Positions 1 to 12,590 of a stretch of DNA of 64,000 nucleotides are shown here, piece after piece. The stretch comes from Eledone cirrhosa (taxonomy: Eukaryota). The notes under the pieces were generated by a model. That model did no database searches and had not been told where the DNA came from. It saw only the letters and a program-made list of their open reading frames with translations. Within the stretch, counting starts at the first letter, position 1. Every line of letters begins with the position of its first letter. The position numbers were made by a program, and so were the translations under genes. The stretch covers positions 263,314,001-263,378,000 of the forward strand of contig OZ024742.1 in the NCBI GenBank assembly GCA_964016885.1. Direction: 5' to 3'.

Positions 1-840
1 AGAAGAGAACTACTGTTTGCGGAGACATATCCGGGTGTGGGTGGTTTGTCCGGGATTACTTGGAGGAATTTGTCCAAAGACTTCTTGAATTTTGTGTGGT
101 CAGTTTCTGTTTTGACGTGTCCTGGTGTGATGTTGAAGAGAGCAGGGCCGATTGAGGTGAAATAATTGTGCCGTATTGTTGTTATGAGTTGCGATTTAGA
201 TTTTTGAATGGGACGGATAGCACGGGGCCCAAGCCTTGGGTGTATCATGAAGGCGATGCCAACCTCATTTGGGCAGTGATGATGGAAAATTTTCCACATC
301 ATGCAGATAATATAACGCTCACGGCGACGTTGGAGTGAGTAAAGTTTCAGGTTTTCTAATCGACCCCAGTAGTCAAGGTCTGACATGCCATCTATCTTTC
401 TCGTGATTGCCCTTTGAGGAGCTTCAAGTTTCATGATACTTTGTTTCGTGTGGGGAGACCACAATGGACAACAGTATTCAAGGTGTGGTCGGGCAAAAGT
501 AGAGAAGAGAAGGATAATGGTGCGGGAATCTCTCGACTGGAAGGTTCTGAGGATCCAGGAACACATTCTGCGGGCCATGTCAACTTTGCTGCTTATATGC
601 GTGGTCCAGCTTATGTTGCTGTCCACGGTTACTCCCAAGTCTCTGATGTTGTTAGATGCCACGAGAGTTTCCCCGGAGGGAAGGGAGTACGGGAGTTTCA
701 GAGCATCCTCTTTTCCAAAGTGGATCAGTTCGAATTTATCTTCGTTCAGTAACATGTTGTTCTTTTCTGCCCATTGGGTAACAGCCAGTAGGTCTGACTG
801 AAGGCTTATCCTGATATGGCCGATCTGGGCTGTATCGGCT
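1..840 (-). mobile_element. CR1-group (CR1/L2/Crack-like) LINE, ORF2 C-terminal part, 5'-truncated, runs off window start
   Basis: Minus frame reads [30 protein letters not shown]...[13 protein letters not shown]...[13 protein letters not shown]...[12 protein letters not shown]...[21 protein letters not shown] with no stop before position 1 (so absent from the ORF track). These are typical post-RT motifs of CR1-group LINEs. Confidence 0.8.
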
Positions 841-903
841 ATATATGTATATATATATATGTATATATATATGTATATGTATATATATATGTATATATAT
901 ATG

Positions 904-938
<35 letters not shown>

Positions 939-1097
939 GTATATATATATGCATATATATATATATATGTATATATATATGTATATGTATATGTATATAT
1001 GTATATTTATATATATATGTATATATATATATATATGTACATATATATATATATATGTATATATATATATGTACATATATATATGTATATATATATG

Positions 1098-1166
<69 letters not shown>

Positions 1167-1299
1167 GTATATGTATATATATATGTATATATATATATGT
1201 ATATATATATATATGTATATATATATATGTATATATATATATATGTATATATATATATGTATATATATATATATGTATATATATATGTATATATATATG

Positions 1300-1330
<31 letters not shown>

Positions 1331-1837
1331 GTATATATATGTATATGTATATATATATATGTATATGTATATATATATATATGTATATATGTATATGTAT
1401 ATATATATATATGTATATGTATATATATATATATGTATATATATATATGTATATATATATATATGTATATCTATATATGTATGTATATATATATATGTAT
1501 GTATATATGTATATATGTATATGTATATTTATATATATGTATATGTATATATATATATATGTATATATATATATGTATATATATATATATGTATATATAT
1601 ATATGTATGTATATATATATATGTATGTATATATATATATATGTATATATATATATGTATATATATATATATGTATATATATATATGTATATATATATAT
1701 ATGTATATATATATATGTATATATATATATATGTATATATATATATGTATGTATATATATATATATGTATATATATATATGTATGTATATATATATATGT
1801 ATGTATATATATATATATGTATATATATATATGTATG

Positions 1838-1870
<33 letters not shown>

Positions 1871-2006
1871 GTATATATATATATGTATATATATATATAT
1901 GTATATATATATATGTATATATATATATGTATGTATATATATATATATGTATATATATATATGTATGTATATATATATATATATGTATGTAATATATATA
2001 TATATG

Positions 2007-2039
<33 letters not shown>

Positions 2040-2236
2040 GTATATATGTATATATATATGTATATATGTATATATATATGTATATATATATGTATATATA
2101 TATGTATATATATATATGTATATATATATGAATATATATATGTATAAATATATGTATATATATATGTATATATATATGAATATATATACATATATATATA
2201 TGTATATATATATGTATATATATATATATGTATATA

Positions 2237-2285
<49 letters not shown>

Positions 2286-2410
2286 GTATATATATATATG
2301 TATATATATATATGTATATATATATATGTATGTATATATATATATGTATATATATATATGTATATATATATATGTATATATATATATGTATATATATATG
2401 TATATATATG

Positions 2411-2441
<31 letters not shown>

Positions 2442-2454
2442 GTATATATATATG

Positions 2455-2485
<31 letters not shown>

Positions 2486-2510
2486 GTATATATATATGTA
2501 TATATATATG

Positions 2511-2541
<31 letters not shown>

Positions 2542-2644
2542 GTATATGTATATATATGTATATATATATGTATATATATATATGTATATATATATATGTG
2601 TATATATATATATGTATATATATATTTATATATATATGTATATA

Positions 2645-2681
<37 letters not shown>

Positions 2682-2816
2682 ATATATATATGTATGTGTA
2701 TATATATATATATATATATATGTGTATATATATATGTATATGTATATATATATATGTATATATATGTATATGTATATATATATATGTATATATATGTATA
2801 TGTATATATATATATG

Positions 2817-2847
<31 letters not shown>

Positions 2848-3162
2848 GTATATATATATATGTGTATATATATATATATGTATATATATATATGTGTATA
2901 TATATATATGTGTATATATATGTATATGTATGTATATATATATATGTATATATATATATGTATATATATATGTATATATATGTATATATATATATGTATA
3001 TATATATGTATATATATCTATGTATATATATATGTATATATATATATGTATATATATATGTATATATATATGTATATATATATGTATATATATATATGTA
3101 TATATATATATGTATATATATATATGTATATATATATGTATATATATATGTATATATATATG

Positions 3163-3211
<49 letters not shown>

Positions 3212-3272
3212 GTATATATATATATATGTATATATATATATGTATATATATATATATGTATATATATATATG

Positions 3273-3303
<31 letters not shown>

Positions 3304-3368
3304 GTATATATATATGTATATATATATGTATATATATATATGTATATATATATGTATATATATATATG

Positions 3369-3433
<65 letters not shown>

Positions 3434-3460
3434 GTATATATATATGTAAATATATATATG

Positions 3461-3491
<31 letters not shown>

Positions 3492-3768
3492 GTATATATA
3501 TATGTAAATATATATATGTATATATATATATGTATATATATATGTATATATATATATGTATATATATATGTATATATATATATGTATATATATATGTATA
3601 TATATATATGTATATATATATATGTATATATATATATATGTATATATATATGTATATATATATATGTATATATATATGTATATATATATGTATATATATA
3701 TGTATATATATATGTATATATATATGTATATATATATGTGTATATATATATGTATATATATATATGTG

Positions 3769-3815
<47 letters not shown>

Positions 3816-3890
3816 ATATATATATGTATATATGTATATATGTATATGTATATATATGTATATATGTATATGTATATATATGTATATATG

Positions 3891-3921
<31 letters not shown>

Positions 3922-4204
3922 GTATATATGTATATATATATATGTATATATGTATATATATATATGTATATATATATATGTATATATGTATATATATATA
4001 TGTATATATGTATATATATGTATATATGTATATATATATATATGTATGTATATATATGTATATATATGTATATATATATGTATGTATATATATGTATATA
4101 TATGTATATATATATGTATATATATGTATATATATATGTATATATATATATATATATACATATATATACATGTATATATATATATATATACATATATATA
4201 CATG

Positions 4205-4236
<32 letters not shown>

Positions 4237-4240
4237 CATG

Positions 4241-4303
<63 letters not shown>

Positions 4304-4478
4304 GTATATATATATGTATATATATATGTATATATATATATATGTATATATATATGTATATATATATGTATATATATATATGTATATATATATATGTATA
4401 TATATATATGTATATATATATATGTATATATATATATATGTATATATATATGTATATATATATATATGTATATATATG

Positions 4479-4509
<31 letters not shown>

Positions 4510-4578
4510 GTATATATATATATGTATATATATATATATGTATATATATGTATATATATATATGTATATATATATATA
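841..4578. repeat. 3.7-kb imperfect (TA)n/TATG microsatellite array
   Basis: Almost uninterrupted purine-pyrimidine alternation; the + strand is A/T plus interspersed G, with very few C. Confidence 0.97.
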
Positions 4579-4585
4579 AGTTGTA

Positions 4586-4692
4586 ATAAAATGAAAACGA
4601 AATTTCATTTCTCACTCTTAGTACGGCACTTACTTAAATGTAAGTATGTATGTATACGTACATACATATATGTATACAGACGTACAGTAGCA

Positions 4693-4750
<58 letters not shown>

Positions 4751-5172
4751 CAGGTACACATACATATATGTACGTATCAGTTTAGCTGACAAAGGAACGC
4801 TGTACTAGTTTCAAGCTTGTTAGCTATCGTCAGCAACGTATACCTTCCTGCCAGATAGTTGAACGTCCGAAAGTATATACTTTCCTTATGCATATTAACG
4901 GCTGAGTAGCCGTTCCTTTGTCAGTGTTGAACAAACGAGCAACGGTGGTTGCTAGACACTACGGCTTAATACGGGATGTTTGTTTACAAACACACCGAGC
5001 ATTATAATATATGTTTGGTGAATCCATACGTACATATATATATGTGTGCATGTATGTATATATATATACATACTACTGTACGTCTGTATACATATATGTA
5101 TGTACGTATACATACTTATATTTAAGTAACAGCCGTACTAAGCGTGGGAAATAAAATTTTGTTTCATTTTTT
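4586..5172. mobile_element. Fold-back/MITE-like element with ~100-bp imperfect terminal inverted repeats
   Basis: 4586-4690 (aaatgaaaacgaaatttc...cagacgtacagtag) is the approximate reverse complement of 5073-5172. Inner IR ctgacaaaggaacg at 4786-4799/4911-4924. Flanked by TA repeats. Confidence 0.65.
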
Positions 5173-5297
5173 CCGTTTATATATATATACATATATACAT
5201 TCTTTTCTTTGTTTTTATGCCTCTCCTTTGTTCTGTCCTGTTTGATGGCGTGGGACAGAACAAAGGAGAGGCACAAAAACAAAGAAAAGAATCCCCA

Positions 5298-5340
5298 GTC
5301 ACTGAAGAGGTCACAGAATGTGTGACGAAAGAACTTTGAC
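5298..5340 (+). ncRNA. Minimal type-I hammerhead ribozyme motif (Penelope-type)
   Basis: gtca-CTGAAGA-g-gtcaca-gaatg-tgtgac-GAAA-gaac-tt-tgac: intact core, 6-bp stem II, 4-bp stem I, vestigial stem III, CUU cleavage triplet. Confidence 0.65.
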
Positions 5341-5514
5341 AATATATGAACAATCATCTGGTTGTGGAACCAACCAACCAACCGGAAATTTATAAATTCC
5401 TAAATTTATAAATTTATTATAATAAATTGAAGTGAAAGCAGCTGGTGCGTGTGTTTCTTATTGGCAACATGACCCTCCCAAAGTATAATAATAATATATA
5501 TATATATATATATA

Positions 5515-6165
5515 TGCTAGCTCATTCCATTGCACAGATGGTTCTATAGAAATAGTGGACACCTTCCGTTACCTGGGTGACAAAATCAGCAGTGGGGGTG
5601 GGTGTTCTGAAAGTACAGTAGCTAGAGTCAGAACGAGATGGAAAAAGTTCAGAGAGCTTATACCACTACTGGCCGCTAAAGGGTTCTGTCTAAAAATAAA
5701 AGGCAGGCTGTATGATGCCTGCATACGAACAGCAATGTTACATTATGTGCAGAGGATATATGCAGACTGGAGAGGAACGAAGCTTGCATGCTCCGCTGGA
5801 TGTGTAATAGTAATATACGTGAACGGCAAAGCATAAACGAACTAAGGGAGAAATTAGGAATAAGAGGAATCAGATGTTGTTTACTCGAGAGAAGACTACG
5901 TTGGTATGGTCACGTGATGCGCATGAAAGACGACAGCTGTATAAAAAAGTGCAGGGCGATAAAAATAAACGGTAGCCACGGAGTAGGCAGACCCAGAAAA
6001 ACCTGGGACGACTTGATAAATTCCGACCTCACACACTTACACCTCTCCAAGACAATGTCACTGGACCAAGATCTTTGGCGCTACACAGTAATACAGAAGA
6101 CTCGCCTTAGTTCCCGTCCCACCCTTGCAAACAGGGAAAAGCGGACGTAAAATGATGATGATGAT
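5515..6165 (+). mobile_element. RTE LINE 3' fragment
   Basis: FRYLGDKISSGGGC...RRLRWYGHVMRM...GRPRKTW motifs; (ATG)n tail; body nearly identical to the copies at 16041-17613 and 62357-63455. Confidence 0.9.
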
Positions 6166-6176
6166 ATGTATATATA

Positions 6177-6372
6177 TCTATCTATCTAAGGCGGGTAAAA
6201 TTCCCGAGATCCTTGGACGAGTTCTCTCCAGCGGTCTCTGTCCCTCATTATCGCTGCCATGTCCTGCATCTCCAACAGACCAGTGTCTGTCCTTAGGGCA
6301 TCAACATACGTTAACCTTGGTCTTCCTCTTCTTGTGTGTCCATGTAGGGGCTCCCAAAGGAGTACTGAGTGC
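6177..6372 (-). mobile_element. RTE-type LINE extreme 3' end (different family)
   Basis: [25 protein letters not shown]...DRDRWR followed by a stop and a (TAGA)n tail. Confidence 0.75.
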
Positions 6373-6496
6373 AATGTATATATATGTATATATATGTATA
6401 TATATATATTTACGTATATATGTGTATATATATATATATATTTACGTATATATATGTATATATTTACGTATATATATATATATATATTTACGTATA

Positions 6497-6539
<43 letters not shown>

Positions 6540-6655
6540 TCATCTTCGTTTAACGTCCATTTTCCACTCTAGCATAGGTTAGACGGTATATATATATATA
6601 TGTATTTGTATATATATATGTATATATGTATTTGTATATATATATGTATATATAC
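6373..6655. repeat. (TA)n array with TTTACG variants, plus a short RTE/SINE tail fragment at ~6536-6587
   Basis: Direct reading; catcatcttcgtttaacgtccattttcc matches the RTE/SINE tails elsewhere in the window. Confidence 0.8.
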
Positions 6656-6659
6656 AAAA

Positions 6660-7611
6660 GAAACGAATGCAAAGGAGTATATACCGTTAAAATATGTTTA
6701 TATAACAATGCACCTATGTACGTTTCGCCCAGAACGAGCTTCTCGAGGGCATAGAAAACAAAAAAATGATCAGTACGCGACCCAGGAGGGGTTTTAAGGT
6801 TAAATTCACATTAGAGTTCATTCTTCGCTTAAGTACATGTGTTGTTATTGCCACAGAGCAGGGGGAGTAACTCCGGCCGGTGCTTGAACAATCTTGTCCC
6901 ACTGTCTTTTTTACCCGTTCATATGATGGTGTTTTGCGTTATTATTTTGTAGTTGCTGCTTTACTAATGCCGATTCGACCCGGGTCTGGGATGCATATTT
7001 ATTATTTTGTGGGTGCTGCTTTACTAATGCCGGTTCGAGCCGGGTCTAGGATGCATATTTAGTTCACAGATGTTTGTTTACGCCGCCTACCCACCGGAGT
7101 GTTATGGTTTGGGCAGGGGGACCCAGTTTACAGTTTTCATGCCACAGTCGCTTCCCACCCGAAGTAAGACACTTGCATTCGGTGCTTACAGTTTATGACT
7201 GATTCGACTCTGCTGTTTGTAAGCTCGTGGGGGTGTTCTTATGATGTAGTAAAGCTCCATGAGGCAAAGCACACACTTCCTCTTGAAATTGTAAGGTGCA
7301 GCCTACCGCCAATATCCCAGTGTGTGGAGAAGCTGATGTTAGCGTCTTTTAATGTAGTGACGTGAAGTGTTTTAGTTTTTTGTTCCTGAAAGAGTGGAGA
7401 TGTGTTCTAAATCTCGTTTTGAACTGGCCAGAGGTGGCCCCTATATAGTGTTTAACTCCATTATGGCTAGTTATGGTGCACCTATAAATAACCTTATCAG
7501 TCAGGCAGTTTCCCCTGAGAGGGCAGCCTCCCCTGTCACAACAGTTACATTTTCTGTCACGGTCGCTCCTAGTTCCTGAAGTAAAGCTCTACTTCAGGAA
7601 CTAGGAGCGAC
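6660..7611 (-). mobile_element. Penelope-like element, GIY-YIG endonuclease end plus 3' pLTR, degenerate
   Basis: Minus strand, with frameshifts: KCNC...GCPLRGNCLTDKVIYRCTI...KHYIG...FKTRFRTHLHSFRN...LKDANISFSTHWDI...CVLCLMELYYI. 2x60-bp tandem at 6941-7060; decayed hammerhead at 6714-6754. Confidence 0.8.
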
Positions 7612-7614
7612 TGA

Positions 7615-8020
7615 AAGAATATGATCTTGAGTACAGGTGGCTGAAATGGGGTTCCTCCGAAGGGTCTTTGGAGTAACGTTACTCAATAGAGTGTGTAGCT
7701 TGGAGATCAGAGAGTCACTCCAGGTAGAGCTGCTACTTCTCCGAATTGAAAGATCACAGCTCTGATACTGTGGGCATGTGGTTAGAATGTCTCAGGAAAG
7801 ACTCGCTGGACAGATTTTACAGGCAAAACCAACTGGCAGGTGACCCTGGGGTAGACTCTGAGCAAGATGGGTTTGATAACATCCCTGAGCTTGGCTGGTC
7901 TCATTTGGGGATCCAGCCAGATTAGTTGGAGACGGTTGCTTCTGATAGGACCAGCTAGAAGGACTGTTTGAGGACTCTGCCTCCACAACCCTCTCAGGAA
8001 TAAGTGAATGAAGAAAAGTT
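7615..8020 (+). mobile_element. Degenerate RTE (Expander/Rex3-like) 3' fragment
   Basis: EMGFLRRVFGVTLLNRV...EIRESLQVE...IERSQL*YCGHVVRMSQERL, with an in-frame stop. Confidence 0.7.
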
Positions 8021-8364
8021 GCAGAAGCTATCAAATAATTCTATGGAGCTTTTTGAGCTTTGAAAAAAACTTTATTTTACTGCTGTGGAATGTCCAGATG
8101 TATGTTGGTGATGCTTTCAAGATACATGGACAGAGAGAGTGAGATAGACACACACACATACTTTTTTTCTATGAAACCATTCTTAGCTAGAAAAATATGT
8201 AAGTGTTGCATAATTACATGCTGTGAGAACCAAAGAGTGTAAATTTATATGTAGAAATTGAAATTTTTTAAATTTTTGTTTTTAAATGTAACGTCTAAAA
8301 TAATTCTGCAAAATAAGTATTTTATGTTAATTATTATTTGATTGTTTTTCTTTTTCTTTGCTAG

Positions 8365-8430
8365 AATGAAATTGTTAAAGCATACAGAAACCTTGCTCGG
8401 AAATGGCATCCAGACAGGTTCAAAGAAGAG
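8365..8430 (+). CDS. DNAJC25: DNAJC25 coding exon (J-domain, HPD motif); upstream exon(s) not found in window
   Basis: ag|NEIVKAYRNLARKWHPDRFKEE|gtcagt, phase 0/0, preceded by a polypyrimidine tract. Confidence 0.92.
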
Positions 8431-9649
8431 GTCAGTTATCTGATTTTTAGTTCTTTCTTTTCTGCTTTTTTTTTCTATCCTTTCTTTCTTTTCACTTCTT
8501 TTCTGCCTTTTTCTTTCTTCCTTCTCACTCCAATCCTTTTATTTCACTTTTCTTCTCTTTCTTTGCACTGTGTTTTTTTTATATCTTAATTCTTCAATTA
8601 TAACAACACACTGCCTGTTCACTAGATCATTATGTGCCACATCATTGTAACAGAGTTATGTCTATTTTCCATGCTTGCATGAATTAAATGGGTTGTCACA
8701 CCATGAGGCTAGACTAACAGGTCAGATGACTGTGTCATGTCCATACCTATCATTTTTGTATGGTTTCTATGGTTGGATGCCCTTCTTAACACCAACAACT
8801 TCATGAAGTGGACCAGGTTATTTTTCTTGTTGTACCATCACCACCACCTTCCTAATGCCAACTACCTTACAAGGTGGACTGTATGCTTTTTGTTGCGACA
8901 CTAGTATGACTACCTTATGGATGTGTACTGGGTGCTTTTTTCATGGCAGAAGCATTTGTAGACTTGGTGTATTTTATTGTAACACCAGCAAAATATACTA
9001 TAAAAGGCTGTGACCAGTGCTGGAAAAGAATTGTGTACTGTATCTTCTTATTGAGTTGATATCTTTTTGCCTTGTTGATATATTGGTATCTTCTTAATGT
9101 ATTGATCAATACTCATTTTTATTATTATTTATTAATAATAATTCAGCCATGTCAAAGACATGCTGGTGCCATGATAAAATGCACTTAGTAGAGTGCATTT
9201 TATATATATAGAGGGTAGGAATGTACGTGAGATGTGTATCCTTGTCTGTCTGAGCACCCAGTAGGGTGGGAATGTATGTAAGCGAGAAGCAGGCCCCAAC
9301 CTATCTAAGAGAGAGGTCAGTAGCTCTGCTTGAGTATTGACTCAGTCTTTGACAACCCATCCAACTTTTGCTAGTATGGAAAACAGATGTTAAGTGATGA
9401 TGAATAGTTTCCAATTTAGGCACAAAACAAGCAATTTGGGGTGGGATAGGGAGGAATTGAATAAATTGACTCCAGCATTTGACTGATACTATTTTTTATC
9501 AATCTTGAAAGGCTAAAACTCTATAGGATTTGAACTCAGAATGTAAAGAGTTAAACAAATGCCACAAGGCAGTTTTTTTGATGCTCTAACGATTCTGCCA
9601 ATCCAAATAATAGCAGCAGCAACATTTATTGTTATTTTGGATTGCAGAA

Positions 9650-10020
9650 TTGATGGTGCAGTGGAAAAATGCTTCATAGTTTTTTTATTATGTCTCTTTG
9701 CATTTTGAGTTCAAATTTCACCAGAATTGTTGATTTCATCTTTATAAGGTTGACAAAATAAATATCAGTAAATTACTAGGCTTGGTTAAATTGACTGTTT
9801 CCTTTCACAATATATGTGGCCTTGTGTCTATGATAGAAACATTACAAATATCATCATCATTATTATCAGAGTGGATTGTTGAATTATTAGAGTGTTGGAG
9901 AAAATGCCATGTGATATTTGTTTCAGCTCTATATGATCTAAGTTCAAATTTGACTAAGGTCAATTTTGCCTTTCATCCTTTCAGAGTCGATATTAAAAAT
10001 ACCAGTCAAGTACTGAAGCC
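9650..10020 (+). mobile_element. Two degenerate tRNA-derived (Nin-domain-like) SINE copies
   Basis: agttcaaat...ggtcaattttgcctttcatcctttcagagtcgata...accagt core shared with the copies at 25710-26064 and 29797-29955. Confidence 0.6.
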
Positions 10021-11269
10021 TATTGTGTTCAGACTAAGAAAACATAATTCAGTTTCGATTTGTAACATAAAATGCACAATTATTTCCCTTGTTGCATAAC
10101 TTTATCACCCACTCTTTGCAAATTAAGTTATAGCCTTCGTCCATTTCTGAGGATCATTACAACCTTGGATTGAAAGAGTTTTCCTTCATTCTCATAGTAT
10201 ATCAACCTTTTTAAAACCATTAAAATGCAATAACTTAAATCTACAGAATTTTTTTGTGCATTCTGTTGGTGACAATTTAGTGCCCCACCCCTAAATTAAT
10301 TACAACTAAACACAAAAAGTAAAAAAAAATTGTTGAAAGATTTGTGGGGGAGAACGGAAATTAAGAATATATTTTGTTGGAGACCCCTGCCCAATATGTT
10401 AGATTTGTGTTGTTTTCAATATTAATTTGATATATTTAATCTTGCAAAAAAAAAAAAAATCTTAATAGTGTGGGAATTTTATCTGTTTCTATTTGTCAGC
10501 TTACCATTCTATTGTGCTGGCTTATATTACAATAGGGCTTCATGTTTTCTGATGAATAACGAAATTCATTTTCACCAATGATTCCCAGTTTTTTTCTGGA
10601 GTTTGTGTCTTTCTGAAACCATTTTAATCCTTTCATTAACATATTTCTTATGAAAACACCACCTATATTTTTCAAATCCTTTTGAAAACAATCAAGAATT
10701 TGGAGAAATTTGGAGAAATTAAACATAACTTAACAAAGGTTCTTTTAGATGAATAAAAACACTTTAAAATATACAGCTTTGTATCATAGAAACAGAGCTG
10801 GTTTCATGCAGTTTGGTATCAAAATAGTTAAATGCTGAGTCCCTTAATCCGTAGTGTAAGATATTTATAATTTCTGGTACCAATTTCTACCTTATTTTAT
10901 CATTCCACTTTTGAAATCAATAATTGTTTTCAGATTTTAAAGTCAATTACAGTATCAATATTTTTTTCCTCCAGATTTTTCACTGAAAATACTTTTCACC
11001 CTCTAAATTATTTTTCATATTTGTCTTGTTTGAGAACCACTAATCTTGGAGAGTGACTCTCTGCCAAAATAGCTTGATACATTCAGGACCAGATTTGATG
11101 GCGGGCAAACAGCAGGTGGTCCACCAGCGATGGCCGTAGCAATTTATTTATGCCTTCTGCTGGGCTTTTTAGTTTTATCCCTTTGACAACAAGAATTATA
11201 TTTTAAACAAGATGTATTTAATGTTCTTACTGTGGCAAACTTCATTAAATTTTCTCAACTTTAGAGACA

Positions 11270-11895
11270 TCAGATTCTAATAATTGAATATAGTGTGCAA
11301 GAGTGATGATTGCGCTGATATGGACATGTGATACAAAAGGAGAGCGAGAATTGTATAAAAGAAGTGCCAAACGCTTGAAGTTGAAGATCAAGGAAAATAT
11401 GGGACGAAGTTGTAAAGAATGACATCAAGAAACTGAACCCGACAAAGGAGATGACACAGGACAGAACAGATTGATATGTCATAATACAAAAGACATGCAC
11501 ACCAGTACAAGCAGTGAGACATTTAAAGTAAGTGTGGTGAGAGATGGAGGCTACAGTGTTTGGCAATTGAATGGAGACAATATAGTGTTTAAGGGAACAC
11601 TTTAGTCTGGCCGAGTATGTAATGACCTCTTTAGTACTAGTGCTACGATCAAATGCACTCAGTACATCCTGTAAAATGTTAGTGTTGGTACCTTTATAGG
11701 ATATACCTAGTCAACTGTGTAAAGTGGTTTTGCACCCAGTAAACACTCTAAAGTGGTTATGTTAGGAAGAGTATCCAGCCATAGAAACCATGCCAAATAT
11801 GTAATGTATGAGCAAGATGAGGTCACTTCGATATATCTGGTCTCAGACTGTGACAACCTGTCCAACAATTGCCAGTGTGGAAAGTGGACATAAAA
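11270..11895 (+). mobile_element. Degenerate RTE 3' end followed by a SINE-like module
   Basis: ttgcgctgatatggacatgtg (LRWYGHV remnant), followed by the gttaggaagagtatccagccatagaaacc...gtggaaagtggacataaaa tail. Confidence 0.6.
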
Positions 11896-12115
11896 TAAGA
11901 ATGGTTGGATTTTTTTAATTCAATACCTGTATATATAACTTTTCAGTTCCAATTACTTGCGCCAAGCTGACTTTGATATGTAAAATTGGGGTTTGATGTG
12001 TAATCTAATTTTTGGTTTATGATGAGCTCCCCCAAACATGAAGTGCCCCAAGCCCCTCTTGGTTTTCATTGTTTTGTTATTTTACAATTGTCTACTTCTT
12101 TTCATTACTGTCCAG

Positions 12116-12169
12116 GAAGAAAAAGCCACAGCCACAGTGATGTTCCAAAAGATAGCCAGTGCTTATGAG
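12116..12169 (+). CDS. DNAJC25: DNAJC25 coding exon (J-domain helix III)
   Basis: cag|EEKATATVMFQKIASAYE|gtaagt. Confidence 0.92.
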
Positions 12170-12196
12170 GTAAGTTATTGCCTACTATTTGGTGTG

Positions 12197-12590
12197 GTGT
12201 CAGTCTATAAGGGACTTGACTGAACTACTAGGGTTTCACTTTATGAAGGGCTTGGCTGAACTTAGTAGGGTGTCACTCTATAAGGGGCTTGGCTGAACTA
12301 CTGGGGTTTCACTCTATAAGGAGATTGGCTGAACTACTGGGTTTCACTCTATGAAGTGCTTTGCTAAACTACTAAGATTTCATTCTATGAAGGGCTTTGC
12401 TGAACAACAGGTTTCATTCTATGAAGGGCTTGGCTGAACTTGGTGGGGTTTCACTTTACGACAGGCTTGGCTGAACTACTGGTTTTCATTTTCATGATGT
12501 ACTTGTCTGAAGTTGGTGGGGTTTCACTATGTGAAGGACCTGGCTGAAGTTGTTGGGGTTTCATTCTTTGAAGGGCTTTTCTGAACTATG
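12197..12590. repeat. Intronic minisatellite, ~37-38-bp unit, ~10 copies
   Basis: Unit approximately gggtttcactctatgaagggcttggctgaactactg. Confidence 0.9.

Noticed and set aside
414-801. Plus-strand ORFs of 112 and 122 aa
   Set aside because: Antisense shadows of the minus-strand LINE ORF.
816-4785. Long Y/I/M/C/V/H/T-rich ORFs up to 1028 aa
   Set aside because: Purine-pyrimidine alternation cannot form stop codons; open in nearly all frames; microsatellite artefact.
12197-12590. Regularly spaced repeats resembling a CRISPR array
   Set aside because: Contiguous tandem units without unique spacers, in a eukaryotic intron, with no cas genes.
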